Of a stretch of DNA of 64,000 nucleotides, positions 25,013 to 35,454 are shown in pieces. The notes under the pieces are model-generated. The model saw only the letters and a list, made by a program, of their open reading frames with translations. It ran no database searches and was not told the origin of the DNA. This DNA comes from Polymyxa betae A26-41 (lineage: Eukaryota; Protista; Endomyxa: Phytomyxea). Made by a program: the position numbers and the translations under genes. Location: assembly GCA_003693705.1 (NCBI GenBank), contig RBZT01000995.1:15284-79283 (forward strand), written 5' to 3'. Position 1 is the stretch's first letter. Every line of letters starts with the position of its first letter.

Positions 25013-27498
25013 TTGAGATAAGCATACCCAGAAGACCTGGTCTTGGAACACGAGGCAAACGGATCCACCTGATCACTAATTTTTTTGAAATTAGTCGTGT
25101 TCCATCAGCTGATATTCATATGTATAATGTACAGATTATACCAGATGTTCCTCGACCTATTAAACGTCGTATCGTTTTGACACTTCGTGACCAACAGAAG
25201 GATTTATTTGAAGGTGGTCTTCCAGCCTACGATGGTGAAGCGACGTTATATTGCTCTCGGAAAATGAGATGGAATGAACGATCCGAGACAGTAAAACTTG
25301 CAGATCGTCGTGATCAATTCGCTGTTAAACTTGAACATGTTTCTATAGTTAATATGGCTCATCTTCATCAATATCTTTCTGGTGGTAATGTTGATATGCC
25401 ACAAGATTGTATTCATGCATTAGATGTGATCTCTAGAACAACACCATTAGCTACATGTACATCTATTGGATCATCATTCTTTTCTGGACGTCAAACACAT
25501 CCATTAGATTCTGGCTCAGAGATATGGTTTGGTTATCATCAATCACTTCGTCCAGCACATAATCGATTATTAATCAATCTGGATGTAGCAGCAACGTGCT
25601 TTCATCGTCCACAACCTGTATTAGAATTAGTTCAAGCTATAATCAAAACGGATTTGCATCAAATCGATGCATCAAATCGTGTTGCACTTCGATCAAATCT
25701 GATTGGAGTCAAGATCTACGTCACCCATCGTGGCGATCAGAAACGCAAATATCGAATTCGTGATGTTGCTAAAGAATCTGCTGAGCAACTGACATTCAAG
25801 ATCGAAGATGCGAATGAAAGTCGCCTAACAAATGTCTCGAAATATTTCCATGATCGTTACAATCATCGTTTAGAATATCCTCGACTTCCATTACTTATGG
25901 TTGGTACCAAAGACAAGCCAACATATCTTCCAATGGAAGTCTGTCATATATGTGGTGGTGAACGAATATCAAAGAAGCTGGCGCCAGCACAGACAGCAGC
26001 AATGATTAAGAAGACAGCCGCTAAGCCTCAGGTTCGTCTCGATATGATCAACAAATCGGTTGCTGAACGCAGCTATGGTCGAGACCCAATTATGAATGAA
26101 TTCGGCTTGAAAATCAAGCAAGATATGATTGAGATTTATGGACGAGTTCTAGGTCCACCTACGATTATGTATTCACCAAAATCTAAGCGACCATCGATTC
26201 AACCTGAACTTGGTAGTTGGCAACCTCGAGATGTAACATTCTTCTCATCACCACCTGTTAACAGTTGGGGTGTTCTGGTCTTAGAGAGACGTGCACGTCC
26301 TGAACAGGTTAATAGATTTCTATCATCTTTAAATGAACTGGGTAAAAATCTCGGCGTTGTATTCAAGAAGCCAGTTATTAATGCATTTCATGAACGTACT
26401 GGACATATTCATTATCATGATGCATTACAACGTGCTGTAAAAGATGTTACCGATACGAATCGATCTCCTTGTCAGCTTATGTTGATCATTCTACCATTTG
26501 ATGATCCTAATGCATATGGTGAAATCAAACGAATCTGTGATACAATTCTGGATGTTCCTACACAATGTATGTTATCTAAACATATACAGAAAGCAGATCG
26601 AGCATACTGCTCTAATCTCTTACAGAAAATTAATACGCGAATTGGTGGCATCAACAGCGTCCTGAATAATGCTGTATCTCATGAATTCTTATTTAAAAAA
26701 CCGGCCATAATATTTGGTGCAGACGTATCACATGCTGCCCCATTTTCGAGTTTACCATCTCTAGCAGCTGTACTTGCTTCAATGGATGCTTATCCATACA
26801 AGTATGCATGCGAAACTCGGGCACAGAAATCACGTCAAGAACTGATCGAACAGCTCAAAGAAATGGCGAGGAACTTGCTGCTGAAGTTCTATAAGGTAAC
26901 CAAGGGCAAGAAACCAGAACGAATTCTGTTCTATCGTGATGGTGTCTCAGAAGGTCAATTTGATCAAGTTCTGAAGCATGAACTGGCATCACTTCGTAAA
27001 GCTTGTGATGAGCTTGAAGCTGGATACACACCCAAAATCACATTCGTTGTGGTTCAGAAGCGGCATCATGCCCGGTTCTTTGTTAGTCCTAGCTCAGCAG
27101 CAGCAGCCGACCGATCTGGCAATGTTCCTGCTGGTACTGTGGTTGACACTGATATCGTTCATCCGAGACAGTTTGACTTCTATCTGGTCTCTCATGGCGG
27201 TATTCAGGGAACTTCAAGACCAACACACTATCATGTTTTATTTGACGAGAATCAGTTCACTGCTGATATGCTGCAGGATCTCACATATCGACAATGCTAT
27301 ACGTATTCGAGATGCACGAGGTCGGTATCGCTGGTCCCAGCTGTGTATTATGCTCATCTGGCAGCTTTCCGAGCTCGGTTCCACATGAAAGCAGACGAAT
27401 CAGAGTTCCTGTCAGGATCGACTTCCGAGCTTGCATCTGCAGCGATGGCAGTTCCTGTTGTAAGAGATCGCACAGGATCTCAGATGTATTTCGTATGA
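25000..27498 (+). CDS. AGO: Argonaute (AGO clade), paralogue A, uninterrupted ORF
   Basis: N (RPGLGTRG..TNFF), PAZ (YPRLP..YLPMEVC), MID (YGEIKR..TQC) and PIWI (GADVSH, RQE, YRDGVSEGQF, QKRHH, QGTSRPTHY, YYAHLAA); DEDH intact. Confidence 0.97.
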   Translation: MLSSVEISIPRRPGLGTRGKRIHLITNFFEISRVPSADIHMYNVQIIPDVPRPIKRRIVLTLRDQQKDLFEGGLPAYDGEATLYCSRKMRWNERSETVKLADRRDQFAVKLEHVSIVNMAHLHQYLSGGNVDMPQDCIHALDVISRTTPLATCTSIGSSFFSGRQTHPLDSGSEIWFGYHQSLRPAHNRLLINLDVAATCFHRPQPVLELVQAIIKTDLHQIDASNRVALRSNLIGVKIYVTHRGDQKRKYRIRDVAKESAEQLTFKIEDANESRLTNVSKYFHDRYNHRLEYPRLPLLMVGTKDKPTYLPMEVCHICGGERISKKLAPAQTAAMIKKTAAKPQVRLDMINKSVAERSYGRDPIMNEFGLKIKQDMIEIYGRVLGPPTIMYSPKSKRPSIQPELGSWQPRDVTFFSSPPVNSWGVLVLERRARPEQVNRFLSSLNELGKNLGVVFKKPVINAFHERTGHIHYHDALQRAVKDVTDTNRSPCQLMLIILPFDDPNAYGEIKRICDTILDVPTQCMLSKHIQKADRAYCSNLLQKINTRIGGINSVLNNAVSHEFLFKKPAIIFGADVSHAAPFSSLPSLAAVLASMDAYPYKYACETRAQKSRQELIEQLKEMARNLLLKFYKVTKGKKPERILFYRDGVSEGQFDQVLKHELASLRKACDELEAGYTPKITFVVVQKRHHARFFVSPSSAAAADRSGNVPAGTVVDTDIVHPRQFDFYLVSHGGIQGTSRPTHYHVLFDENQFTADMLQDLTYRQCYTYSRCTRSVSLVPAVYYAHLAAFRARFHMKADESEFLSGSTSELASAAMAVPVVRDRTGSQMYFV

Positions 27499-27540
27499 TT
27501 AATAGATCCGATCAACGTTAAACTGTGAATGATTCTTATA

Positions 27541-28711
27541 TTAAGACATTTCTCCTATATTAGATACTGGAATATGATCTGGATGTCTTCTGACTTTAGG
27601 CCCACCGAAATCTCTCAGCATCGACCGACCAAACACTTCCCAGACATCCTCACTGTTATTGATGGAATTCATGTAGGTCATGATATCATCAAGCGATAGC
27701 TTGTCCTTATCGGCAGCACCTAACGTCCCGAACAATCTCTCCACGAAACTGTTCACCAGATCGACTGTCACCTCATCTGGTTCTAACATACAGCTAGATA
27801 GCAACATTGTGTATAAGTCACCCCGAGACACAAACCCATCTCCATCGAGATCATAGGTTCGTAAGAAGAATGTCATCTTCTTACTCTGGTTGCCCTTCTC
27901 TAGTGCACTCATTGCTGATAAAAACTCGGGCCATTCAATACAACCGGACCCATCCTGACAACAGTTCATGAATAACCCATTAGTTTTGAAGAAACTTTAC
28001 CTCGTCTACAAGATCAAAAACTCGATCAACGAACAGATCGTCTTCAACAGCTAGACGAGCGACTCCTTTTTTGAACGTGGCCTTGTCGATTCCATTGGGG
28101 AATGGGGACATGGAGCACAGGGCCTTATATCGAACATACATAACATAAAGCTCACGACGATCATAATTTGTCTGATTTAGGAGCCCTTTGATATCACGTT
28201 GCGATAAGAAGCCGTGGATCTTTGAAACACGATTCGCTTTTGTTAACGTTTGCGACTGTTTCCTTTCAGTTTCGTGGACTTTTGAAGATGGTTTCAGATG
28301 TTGAAATCGCCTCCATAGAATTGCTGTCCTTTTTATATGACCTCCCAAATCAGTCATGTAAACATTTCTCAGAGCTGACTCTAGCTGAATTTTTCGTTGG
28401 TTTGCAGGTTTGTTATTTAAAGATTTGATGACAGGAAGACCCATATCTCGTGGATGCGTTGATGAATCATATTGTAATCGCAAGCGGGAAACAATGCCAG
28501 CCAATCTACTACGATCGGGATCCAAGCAATATCGCCTGGGGCTAGTAGACGAAAGACGTTCGGTTGTCGGTTTGCTGCCAAAACGGTGTTCACGAGACCG
28601 AAGCTGAGGAGGTTCTGCAGATTTAATTTGGACGGGTACATTCTCAATCAAGAAATTAGATATCCGCTTGCTATGGATATAGTGTCGGCATGATAATAAC
28701 CCATTATCCAT
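27541..28711 (-). CDS. EF-hand calcium sensor (NCS/calaxin/calcineurin-B-like) with a basic N-terminal extension
   Basis: VDRVFDLVDE|DGSGCIEWPEF and TYDLDGDGFVSRGDL EF loops; one intron at about 27955-28001. Confidence 0.85.
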
Positions 28712-28867
28712 CTGACAATTACCGCATGCCCTCTCCCAACCTGATAGGTCGAATCAGAAATATCTTCCACAACCTTAAGATCAATGCGATTTCACAATGC
28801 AACAAACGGAAACCAAAGGTGATGTTTATTCAATATAATCGAAGCAATAATAAAAGTAATTAACAAC

Positions 28868-31384
28868 TCAGATGAAGTACATCTGGGAAGCAGTACGACC
28901 CATAACAGTGGGAATGGCACCGGAAGTAGACGACGCCTCGGAGGCAGAGCCAGACTTGGCTTCAAATTCATCAGCCTTAGAATGGTATCGGGCGCGGAAA
29001 GCTGCGAGATGAGCATAATAGGCGGCAGGAACAAGCGAAACCGAACGGGTACAGCGGGCGAACATGTAGCATTGACGATTGGTGAGATCTTGCAACAAGT
29101 CAGGGGTGAAGTTGTTCTCGTCAAAAATGCAGTGATAGTGAGTGGGACGAGAAGTTCCCTGAATTCCACCATGTGCAACTAGATAGAAATCGAACTGACG
29201 AGGATGAACGACGCCAGTGTCGACAACGGTACCAGCAGGGACGTTACCAGAGCGATCAGCATCACGAGCAGAAGAACCGGTGACGAAAAAACGAGCGTGA
29301 TGACGTTTCTGGACGATGACAAAGGTGATCTTCGGCGTATAACCAGCCTCTAATTCATTACAAGCGGTACGGAGGGCGTTCAATTCATGCTTGAGGACAT
29401 ACTCAAACTGACCTTCGGAAACACCATCACGGTAAAACAGGATACGTTCTGGCTTCTTGCCGCGCGTAGACATGTAGAAGCGCTTCAGCAAATTCATGGC
29501 CATGGACTTCAAGTCTTGGATAATCTCCTGACGACCCTTCTGGGCGCGGGTCTCGACTTCATAACGGAAAGGGTAAGCATCCATTGAAGCAACAACAGCA
29601 GCAAGAGACGGAAGCTTTGAATAAGGAGCAGCGTGCGAAACATCGGCACCAATGACAATAGCGGGCTTAGAGAATAAGAAATCAGACGAAGGAGACGGGC
29701 TTAAAATGCTGTTGACACCACCAGTACGGGCGTTAATCTTGAGAAGCAGATTACGAGCGTACATCGGATCGGCCTTCTGCAGATGCTTCGACTGCATGCA
29801 TTGAGAAGGAACATCAAGAACGGTGTCACAAACGCGCTTGATCTCTCCATAGGCTGAAGGATCACCGAAAGGCAAAATGATAAGCAAAAGCTGACACTGG
29901 CCCTGGGTGGTCTGCTGAACTTGCTGGATAGCACGCATGATAACCTCCTGATAATTAGGGGCACCACGGCCTTGGGGACGATGAGGAATGACGACAGGTC
30001 GTTGAAAAGCAACACCGTGCTCCTTTCCGGCGCCGTTCAGAACGCTAAGGAAGTTCATGACTTCATTCTCACGAGCACGAGATTCCAAGACCAAGCAGCC
30101 CCAGTGGTTGATCGGGTTCGAGACGTACATTTGGGCATCACGAGGCTGCCAAACACCCAGGTTTGGCTTGACGGCCTTGTTGCGGGAGTGAGGACTGTAA
30201 GAGATTGTGGGTGGTTCAAGAACACGACCGTCGATTTGCAGAGGCTGGGGGTTGACACGAATGCCAAAGTCTTTCAAGGCAGGGTCACGATCATATGAAC
30301 GCTCGTTAACAGCATTTTGAACGTTCTGAAGCCGGATGTTGGGCTTGGCAGCTGTCTTTTTAATCATGGCCGCGGTTTGAGCAGGAGCCAGCTTTTTAGT
30401 GATACGCTCTCCTCCCAAAACATTGCAAACCTCCATAGGAAGATAGGTTGGTTTCTCCCTGCTACCAACGACCAATAAAGGCAGGTTCGGGTATTGCAAA
30501 CGGGTCTGATAGCGCTGTTGGAAGTACTCGGCGACATTAGTACGGCGCGTTCCAGATTCTTCGGGGATATCAAATTGGAGTTGGAGAGGGTTTTCCTTTG
30601 CGATATCGCGAATGATATAGCGGCGCTTGCAGTCACCACGATGAGTGACGACGACCTTCACACCAGCCAGTTCAGCACGAATCGCAGGACGGTTCGCATC
30701 ACCGATTTGGTCCAGGGATTTCTTGGTCACGCTCGCAACCAACTCGACGACAGGCTGGGGACGGTGGAAGCAGGTAGCGGCAACATCCAGGTTAACCAAC
30801 AGACGACCATGAGCAGGGCGAAGCGATTGGTGATAGCCAAACCAAATTTCTGCTCCAGCATCGAGAGGTGCAGTGTTCTTTCCAGAGAAGAACGACGATC
30901 CAATACTGGTGCAAGTAGCGATTGGTGTCGTACGAAGGACGACATCCAGGGCCTGAATAGCATCTTGCGGAATGTCGACATCTTGACCAGCAAGGAAGGC
31001 ATGCAGAGTGGACATGCTAACAACAGCAACATGCTCAAGCTTGACGGTGAACTTGTCACGACGATCAGGCAAGTCGACGACTTCAACCCGGCTGCTCCAT
31101 GACATGCGCTTAGGATAGTAAAGGGACGCTTCACCATCATAAGCGGGTGTCAAGTTGCCTTCAAACAAATCGAGGCAGTTGCTGCGGAGGTGGGCCATGA
31201 TCATGCGATTAATGGTCTTGGGAACAGCCGGCGTGATCTGAACATTGTACATGTGCAGGTCGGCAGAGGGGACAACCGGGACCTCAAAGAAATTTGTGAC
31301 AAGCTGGATGCGACGGCCGCGGGTGCCGGCACCAGGACGCTTCGGCATAAAGGCCGGGTTGGAGGTGATAAGTTCAGTCGACAT
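28868..31384 (-). CDS. AGO: Argonaute (AGO clade), paralogue B, uninterrupted ORF
   Basis: Collinear with paralogue A, with the same N-PAZ-MID-PIWI motifs and an intact DEDH. A probable ordinary ~50-nt 5'UTR intron lies at about 31415-31464. Confidence 0.97.
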   Translation of the reverse strand: MSTELITSNPAFMPKRPGAGTRGRRIQLVTNFFEVPVVPSADLHMYNVQITPAVPKTINRMIMAHLRSNCLDLFEGNLTPAYDGEASLYYPKRMSWSSRVEVVDLPDRRDKFTVKLEHVAVVSMSTLHAFLAGQDVDIPQDAIQALDVVLRTTPIATCTSIGSSFFSGKNTAPLDAGAEIWFGYHQSLRPAHGRLLVNLDVAATCFHRPQPVVELVASVTKKSLDQIGDANRPAIRAELAGVKVVVTHRGDCKRRYIIRDIAKENPLQLQFDIPEESGTRRTNVAEYFQQRYQTRLQYPNLPLLVVGSREKPTYLPMEVCNVLGGERITKKLAPAQTAAMIKKTAAKPNIRLQNVQNAVNERSYDRDPALKDFGIRVNPQPLQIDGRVLEPPTISYSPHSRNKAVKPNLGVWQPRDAQMYVSNPINHWGCLVLESRARENEVMNFLSVLNGAGKEHGVAFQRPVVIPHRPQGRGAPNYQEVIMRAIQQVQQTTQGQCQLLLIILPFGDPSAYGEIKRVCDTVLDVPSQCMQSKHLQKADPMYARNLLLKINARTGGVNSILSPSPSSDFLFSKPAIVIGADVSHAAPYSKLPSLAAVVASMDAYPFRYEVETRAQKGRQEIIQDLKSMAMNLLKRFYMSTRGKKPERILFYRDGVSEGQFEYVLKHELNALRTACNELEAGYTPKITFVIVQKRHHARFFVTGSSARDADRSGNVPAGTVVDTGVVHPRQFDFYLVAHGGIQGTSRPTHYHCIFDENNFTPDLLQDLTNRQCYMFARCTRSVSLVPAAYYAHLAAFRARYHSKADEFEAKSGSASEASSTSGAIPTVMGRTASQMYFI

Positions 31385-32079
31385 GATCGAAACCAGACAA
31401 GTAGATCAAATGAGCTACGAGCTTCGATCAGCACATAAACAGACACACAGGCAATGAAGACTACTTGAGAGATAACAACAACGACGACGTAGACCCGACA
31501 AAAGATGCGTCAGTCACGCTGAACTTGCAAGCGCGTAGCCTGCTCTCAACAAGATGTTACACTCGGTTGCAGAAGATTAGCGCTTTCCAGTATAAATATC
31601 ATGACAGTAGCGGCCTCTTGTGACTGAGTGATAAGTGTCCATCCCTACCCAGTCACCAGTACAGTCGTTCAACCAATTGTTTAGGTACCATGGGTTGCAT
31701 GGCGATTTAAGATGCAGCCTCCTAACAGCTGTATCTGTGTATCTGGCATCTGTTATGCGTGTATCACCTGCATATGAACGGCAAACTGCATGCCACTGCT
31801 CACATCGTAACGCGCTGGACCTACCGTACGTCTATCTCGCCAAGGCTTGGTTCAGCACTTCTTGCATTAGCGTTTATACCATTCGAGACTTTTAGAAATT
31901 AATTTAAACGTAATACACGACCGTTTTTGATATGAACGTTGCTGTTAACTTGATTGCGTGCGATTATCGATTGATCGTAATGGCGCAGGCAATGGATCAA
32001 AGTTCTTACCCGAAAGTGATGAATTCTCTCTTATTGATCTATCTATATTGCGCAGGAGATTTGTAAGCGGGTTCTGGGC

Positions 32080-33088
32080 ATGTCGAGTAAGAAGCAGCTT
32101 GAACGGCTCGATATGGAGTTTCAGGCGGCGGTCGACTGCATAACCCGATCTAAAATCAAGGTTTCCAATCAGGCTAAGCTCAAGCTCTACGCATTGTATA
32201 AGCAAGCTACTGTCGGTCGTTGCAATGTCGCCAGGCCCAGATTTCTGGATTTCACCGGCAAAGCCAAATGGGACGCTTGGAACGCTTTAAGCAATATGAG
32301 GTATGTTCCTTGCTCTCGATTGTACCTAGAGTAATTTGTTTTCAGCCAAGATCAGGCTAAATTGAAGTACGTAATGGTTGCCAGAAAGATGCTTCAAGGT
32401 GGAAAGCCATCACGTGAAGAAGACGATTATGGTGGTGGTGTTGTCACAACAGGCGTGCTTGCACCTGCTGTTAGCCGCATGGCATTTGAGCCTGAAGAGT
32501 ACTTATCAATTCATAGCGCTTTCATTGGGTTCTATATAGGGCTTACATTTCAAATGTTTCAGATGTCTTAGCTTACTTGAGTTGTTTTCTGTCTACAACG
32601 TTTACATATTTAACTAAAACGACTGTTTGGCATTTACCGAATTTATGGCCTGCTCATAATTGTACAGAGAGTGCGACCTGAACAGCATCTGGGATCTTGC
32701 ATGCGATAACAAAATCGAGATGATCAAAAAGCTGTTAGATACTGACATTGTTCCGGTTGACGCTCGTGATGAGCACGGTTGTAGGTACACGTATCTGCCA
32801 GCTTGGGAATTTTTACTCAGATTTGGCAGTGCCTTACATTTAGCTTGTGATCGGGGCCATGCTGATCTAGCCCGGCTATTGCTCGGAAAGTACCATGCAA
32901 ATGTTAATCTACAAGATAAATCGGGCTGTACGCCTCTTCATTACGCCGTTTGTTGCAATCGTCCCGAGATTGCCCATATCTTAATGAGCCATGGTGCCAA
33001 TCCGATCATACAGGATAATGAAGGACATTTGCCCATATCCAGTGCAGGGCCCGAAGTCGCTGCTGTCTTTAGCCATTATGGCAACTAA
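32080..33088 (+). CDS. Acyl-CoA-binding domain + ankyrin repeat protein (ACBD6/ACBP1-like)
   Basis: KLKLYALYKQATVG...GKAKWDAWNAL, then ankyrins ALHLACDRGH and TPLHYAV. Confidence 0.9.
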
Positions 33089-33444
33089 GATGATTCCTGC
33101 GCTGGTACTACACATGGCATTATCAATTCTTCATCTTGCATCTACAGAAAGCGACCAAACCCGAACAATATTCTATTGTACATGAAAGAATCCCTTTAGT
33201 GAGACCTGCTCTCCAGTAATAAACATTACGTAAAACATTGATAATAACAATTTTATTAGCATTTTTGTAGATTTTTTGCCAATTGCTTATTTTTGAATTC
33301 GGTAAAATTGCAAAAGTGCGAGGTCGGACTGCGCAGAAACTTGCGGACCTAATGATGGATGTCTGAGTTGGAATTTTTTGATCTGGGGGTTCCCGAACAA
33401 CAATCCCAGCTGATTAGACAATGCTTTAAGCCTGTCCCATAAAC

Positions 33445-34512
33445 ATGGTCGGGATCGCGATTCATAACCCGATCTTCGACGTCAACGACACCGGCTTTCA
33501 GCTAAATGGCCTAAACCTGGACAATGACCAACAGCTACCCGGTTTGAATCTTGAAGTGCTCCAGCGCATCACCTCAATCTTGGCGCTGCTCCAAATCCCT
33601 AAGACTATCCATCCAGAATGCATCATCGTTTTCCGATTATTTTTGCAACGCCTGATACAGGGTAACCCAAACAAAGCTGCAGAGCGCCCTCGATTCGAAA
33701 CTGCCGTTACCGCCTGCGCGGTGATTGTGGCTCGATCGCATCATGTACCAATGTCAATCTCAGATGCTGCTGCTTGGGCCAGTATTGACATCGGGCTATT
33801 ACAGACTACATATTACCAGATTGCTAGTCTGGTCTCTGATCGGATTCATGTTTGTCCATCGCGTCCCAGCATCTACTTTCCCCGAATTTTTCACGCAGCT
33901 CGCTTTTCAGATCTCAAAGTATTGCAGGTCGCGGAGCAATTGCTCTCAATTTGTCTCCGCGAACTGATTGTGCTGGGGAGACCGAGCTCTGCTATAGCTG
34001 GAGCTGTCATCAGCGTCGCTTTCCGTTCTGTCCATAGGACCCCATTGGCCCCCGAACAAATCTCTCGCATCGAATCCGAGCTAAATCTAACGACGATTAG
34101 TTCTGATATCAATTATGTTATGGCGTCGTTAGCTCGTTTGGCATCTCTACTCCCCTTCAATGTCCCATTCGGCCCCGATTCTCTTGACCTCTACTTGCCC
34201 GAGCTTATCTTCCATTTAGATCAGCTTAGCTGTATTGTGAATTCAGATCCAGAGTCCACTCGTGGCTTGGGACCTTTCATTACACCTGATGTCATCACCA
34301 GGATCGAGGTGGCTCAGGCTGTAATCTGGATAGCTCGTCATATGCAGGCCGGCTCAGTGTATATTGGCGAACTTCCAATTGATATTCTGTCAAATGAAAT
34401 TGGGTTGTTTGGGTCGGGCCCCAATCCCCATTTGGAGGCCGCCGTTCGCTCATTGATACAGAAATCCGTTCCATTGATATCCATTTTGAATGGAGAATAT
34501 CGCCTCTGTTAA
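33445..34512 (+). CDS. Divergent TFIIB/BRF-family cyclin-fold protein, uninterrupted ORF
   Basis: Two TFIIB-like repeats: ETAVTACAVIVARSHHVPMSISD and LGRPSSAIAGAVISVA. No CxxC Zn ribbon. Confidence 0.6.
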   Translation: MVGIAIHNPIFDVNDTGFQLNGLNLDNDQQLPGLNLEVLQRITSILALLQIPKTIHPECIIVFRLFLQRLIQGNPNKAAERPRFETAVTACAVIVARSHHVPMSISDAAAWASIDIGLLQTTYYQIASLVSDRIHVCPSRPSIYFPRIFHAARFSDLKVLQVAEQLLSICLRELIVLGRPSSAIAGAVISVAFRSVHRTPLAPEQISRIESELNLTTISSDINYVMASLARLASLLPFNVPFGPDSLDLYLPELIFHLDQLSCIVNSDPESTRGLGPFITPDVITRIEVAQAVIWIARHMQAGSVYIGELPIDILSNEIGLFGSGPNPHLEAAVRSLIQKSVPLISILNGEYRLC

Positions 34513-34540
34513 CTTTATATAATAAATATATTGAAGGTTC

Positions 34541-35180
34541 TCAGCCAACGATTTCGACATTGCTGGCTTCACAAAGATCCGATTTCCCGCTCTGCACCTG
34601 ATGGAATAGCTCGGCGAATTGCGTCCATCGGCTCCTGAATTCTGACTTCAAAGCGATCAGTCCTTGTTGAAGGCATGAACGTAAGAGCATGCGGTACCTG
34701 ACGAATACATTTCACATCGCGAGGACGTATTGTGGCGATTAAATGATGCCGTACTGCGCGTCGAAGGATTTCGGATCCTGTGATATCTCTCACGCCGTAT
34801 TTCAAATCGAATTGGATATTGCAGAAGTCCATCGAGGCGTCTTCATTTGTAGTCCCTGATATCCGATAACTCATTATAGGGAAATTAAGTAATTCCTTAC
34901 CGATGTATTTACTGGCGAAAGCAGGCCTCAAAATATTCACTATAAGATTTTAATTGGAGCTCCAACGACAATAAATAGCGTTTTGCATACTCAACATATC
35001 GCAACAATCGCTGACGAATTGATCGATTTCGGACGAGAGCAGATAGCCATCGCTGTCGGTATCATATTCGTTCCACAACCTTTCCATCGTCCTCTCGTCG
35101 ATATCATAAAGGCGGGATAAGTTCGCAGACAGAAAATTCACCCGGAACCCTGGGCTGTTTTTCAGGGGGAGACTCTTCAT
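34541..35180 (-). CDS. Small EF-hand-containing protein
   Basis: LWNEYDTDSDGYLLSSEI EF loop; multi-exon, boundaries approximate. Confidence 0.5.
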
Positions 35181-35454
35181 GCAACATTGACTCCACCTTC
35201 ACGTTCCATCAACTTTCTTTTCCAAAACCGCGCTCTCATGATCTAATAAAAAACGAAGTTCTCCTTCGAAGTTTCTCCTGGGACTGACACGTGACAATGT
35301 TACACAGTTGATGGAAAAGTCGTCCAGTAAAAAAAGGAGCATTTTTGACTGTAAACTGTAAAACTATTTACACAGTCATGTTACTAAATCAGGGTGAGAG
35401 CTCTACTTCAGTGCGGGGATTTTCCTCATCAAACATATCATATTTCGTCTGATA

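Noticed and set aside
26403-26411. 9-nt complement (ACATATTCA) in the AGO-A CDS to the start of the hairpin-5 5' arm
   Set aside because: Short and AT-rich, and many arms and registers were possible; compatible with chance.
25000-31384. Prokaryotic Argonaute defence operon
   Set aside because: The proteins are typical eukaryotic AGO-clade, and the neighbours are spliced eukaryotic genes.
28792-31457. Many overlapping alternative-frame and antisense ORFs (e.g. 30494-31102 +, 202 aa) over Argonaute-B
   Set aside because: Expected shadow of strong codon bias (few TTA/CTA/TCA codons); no domain signal.
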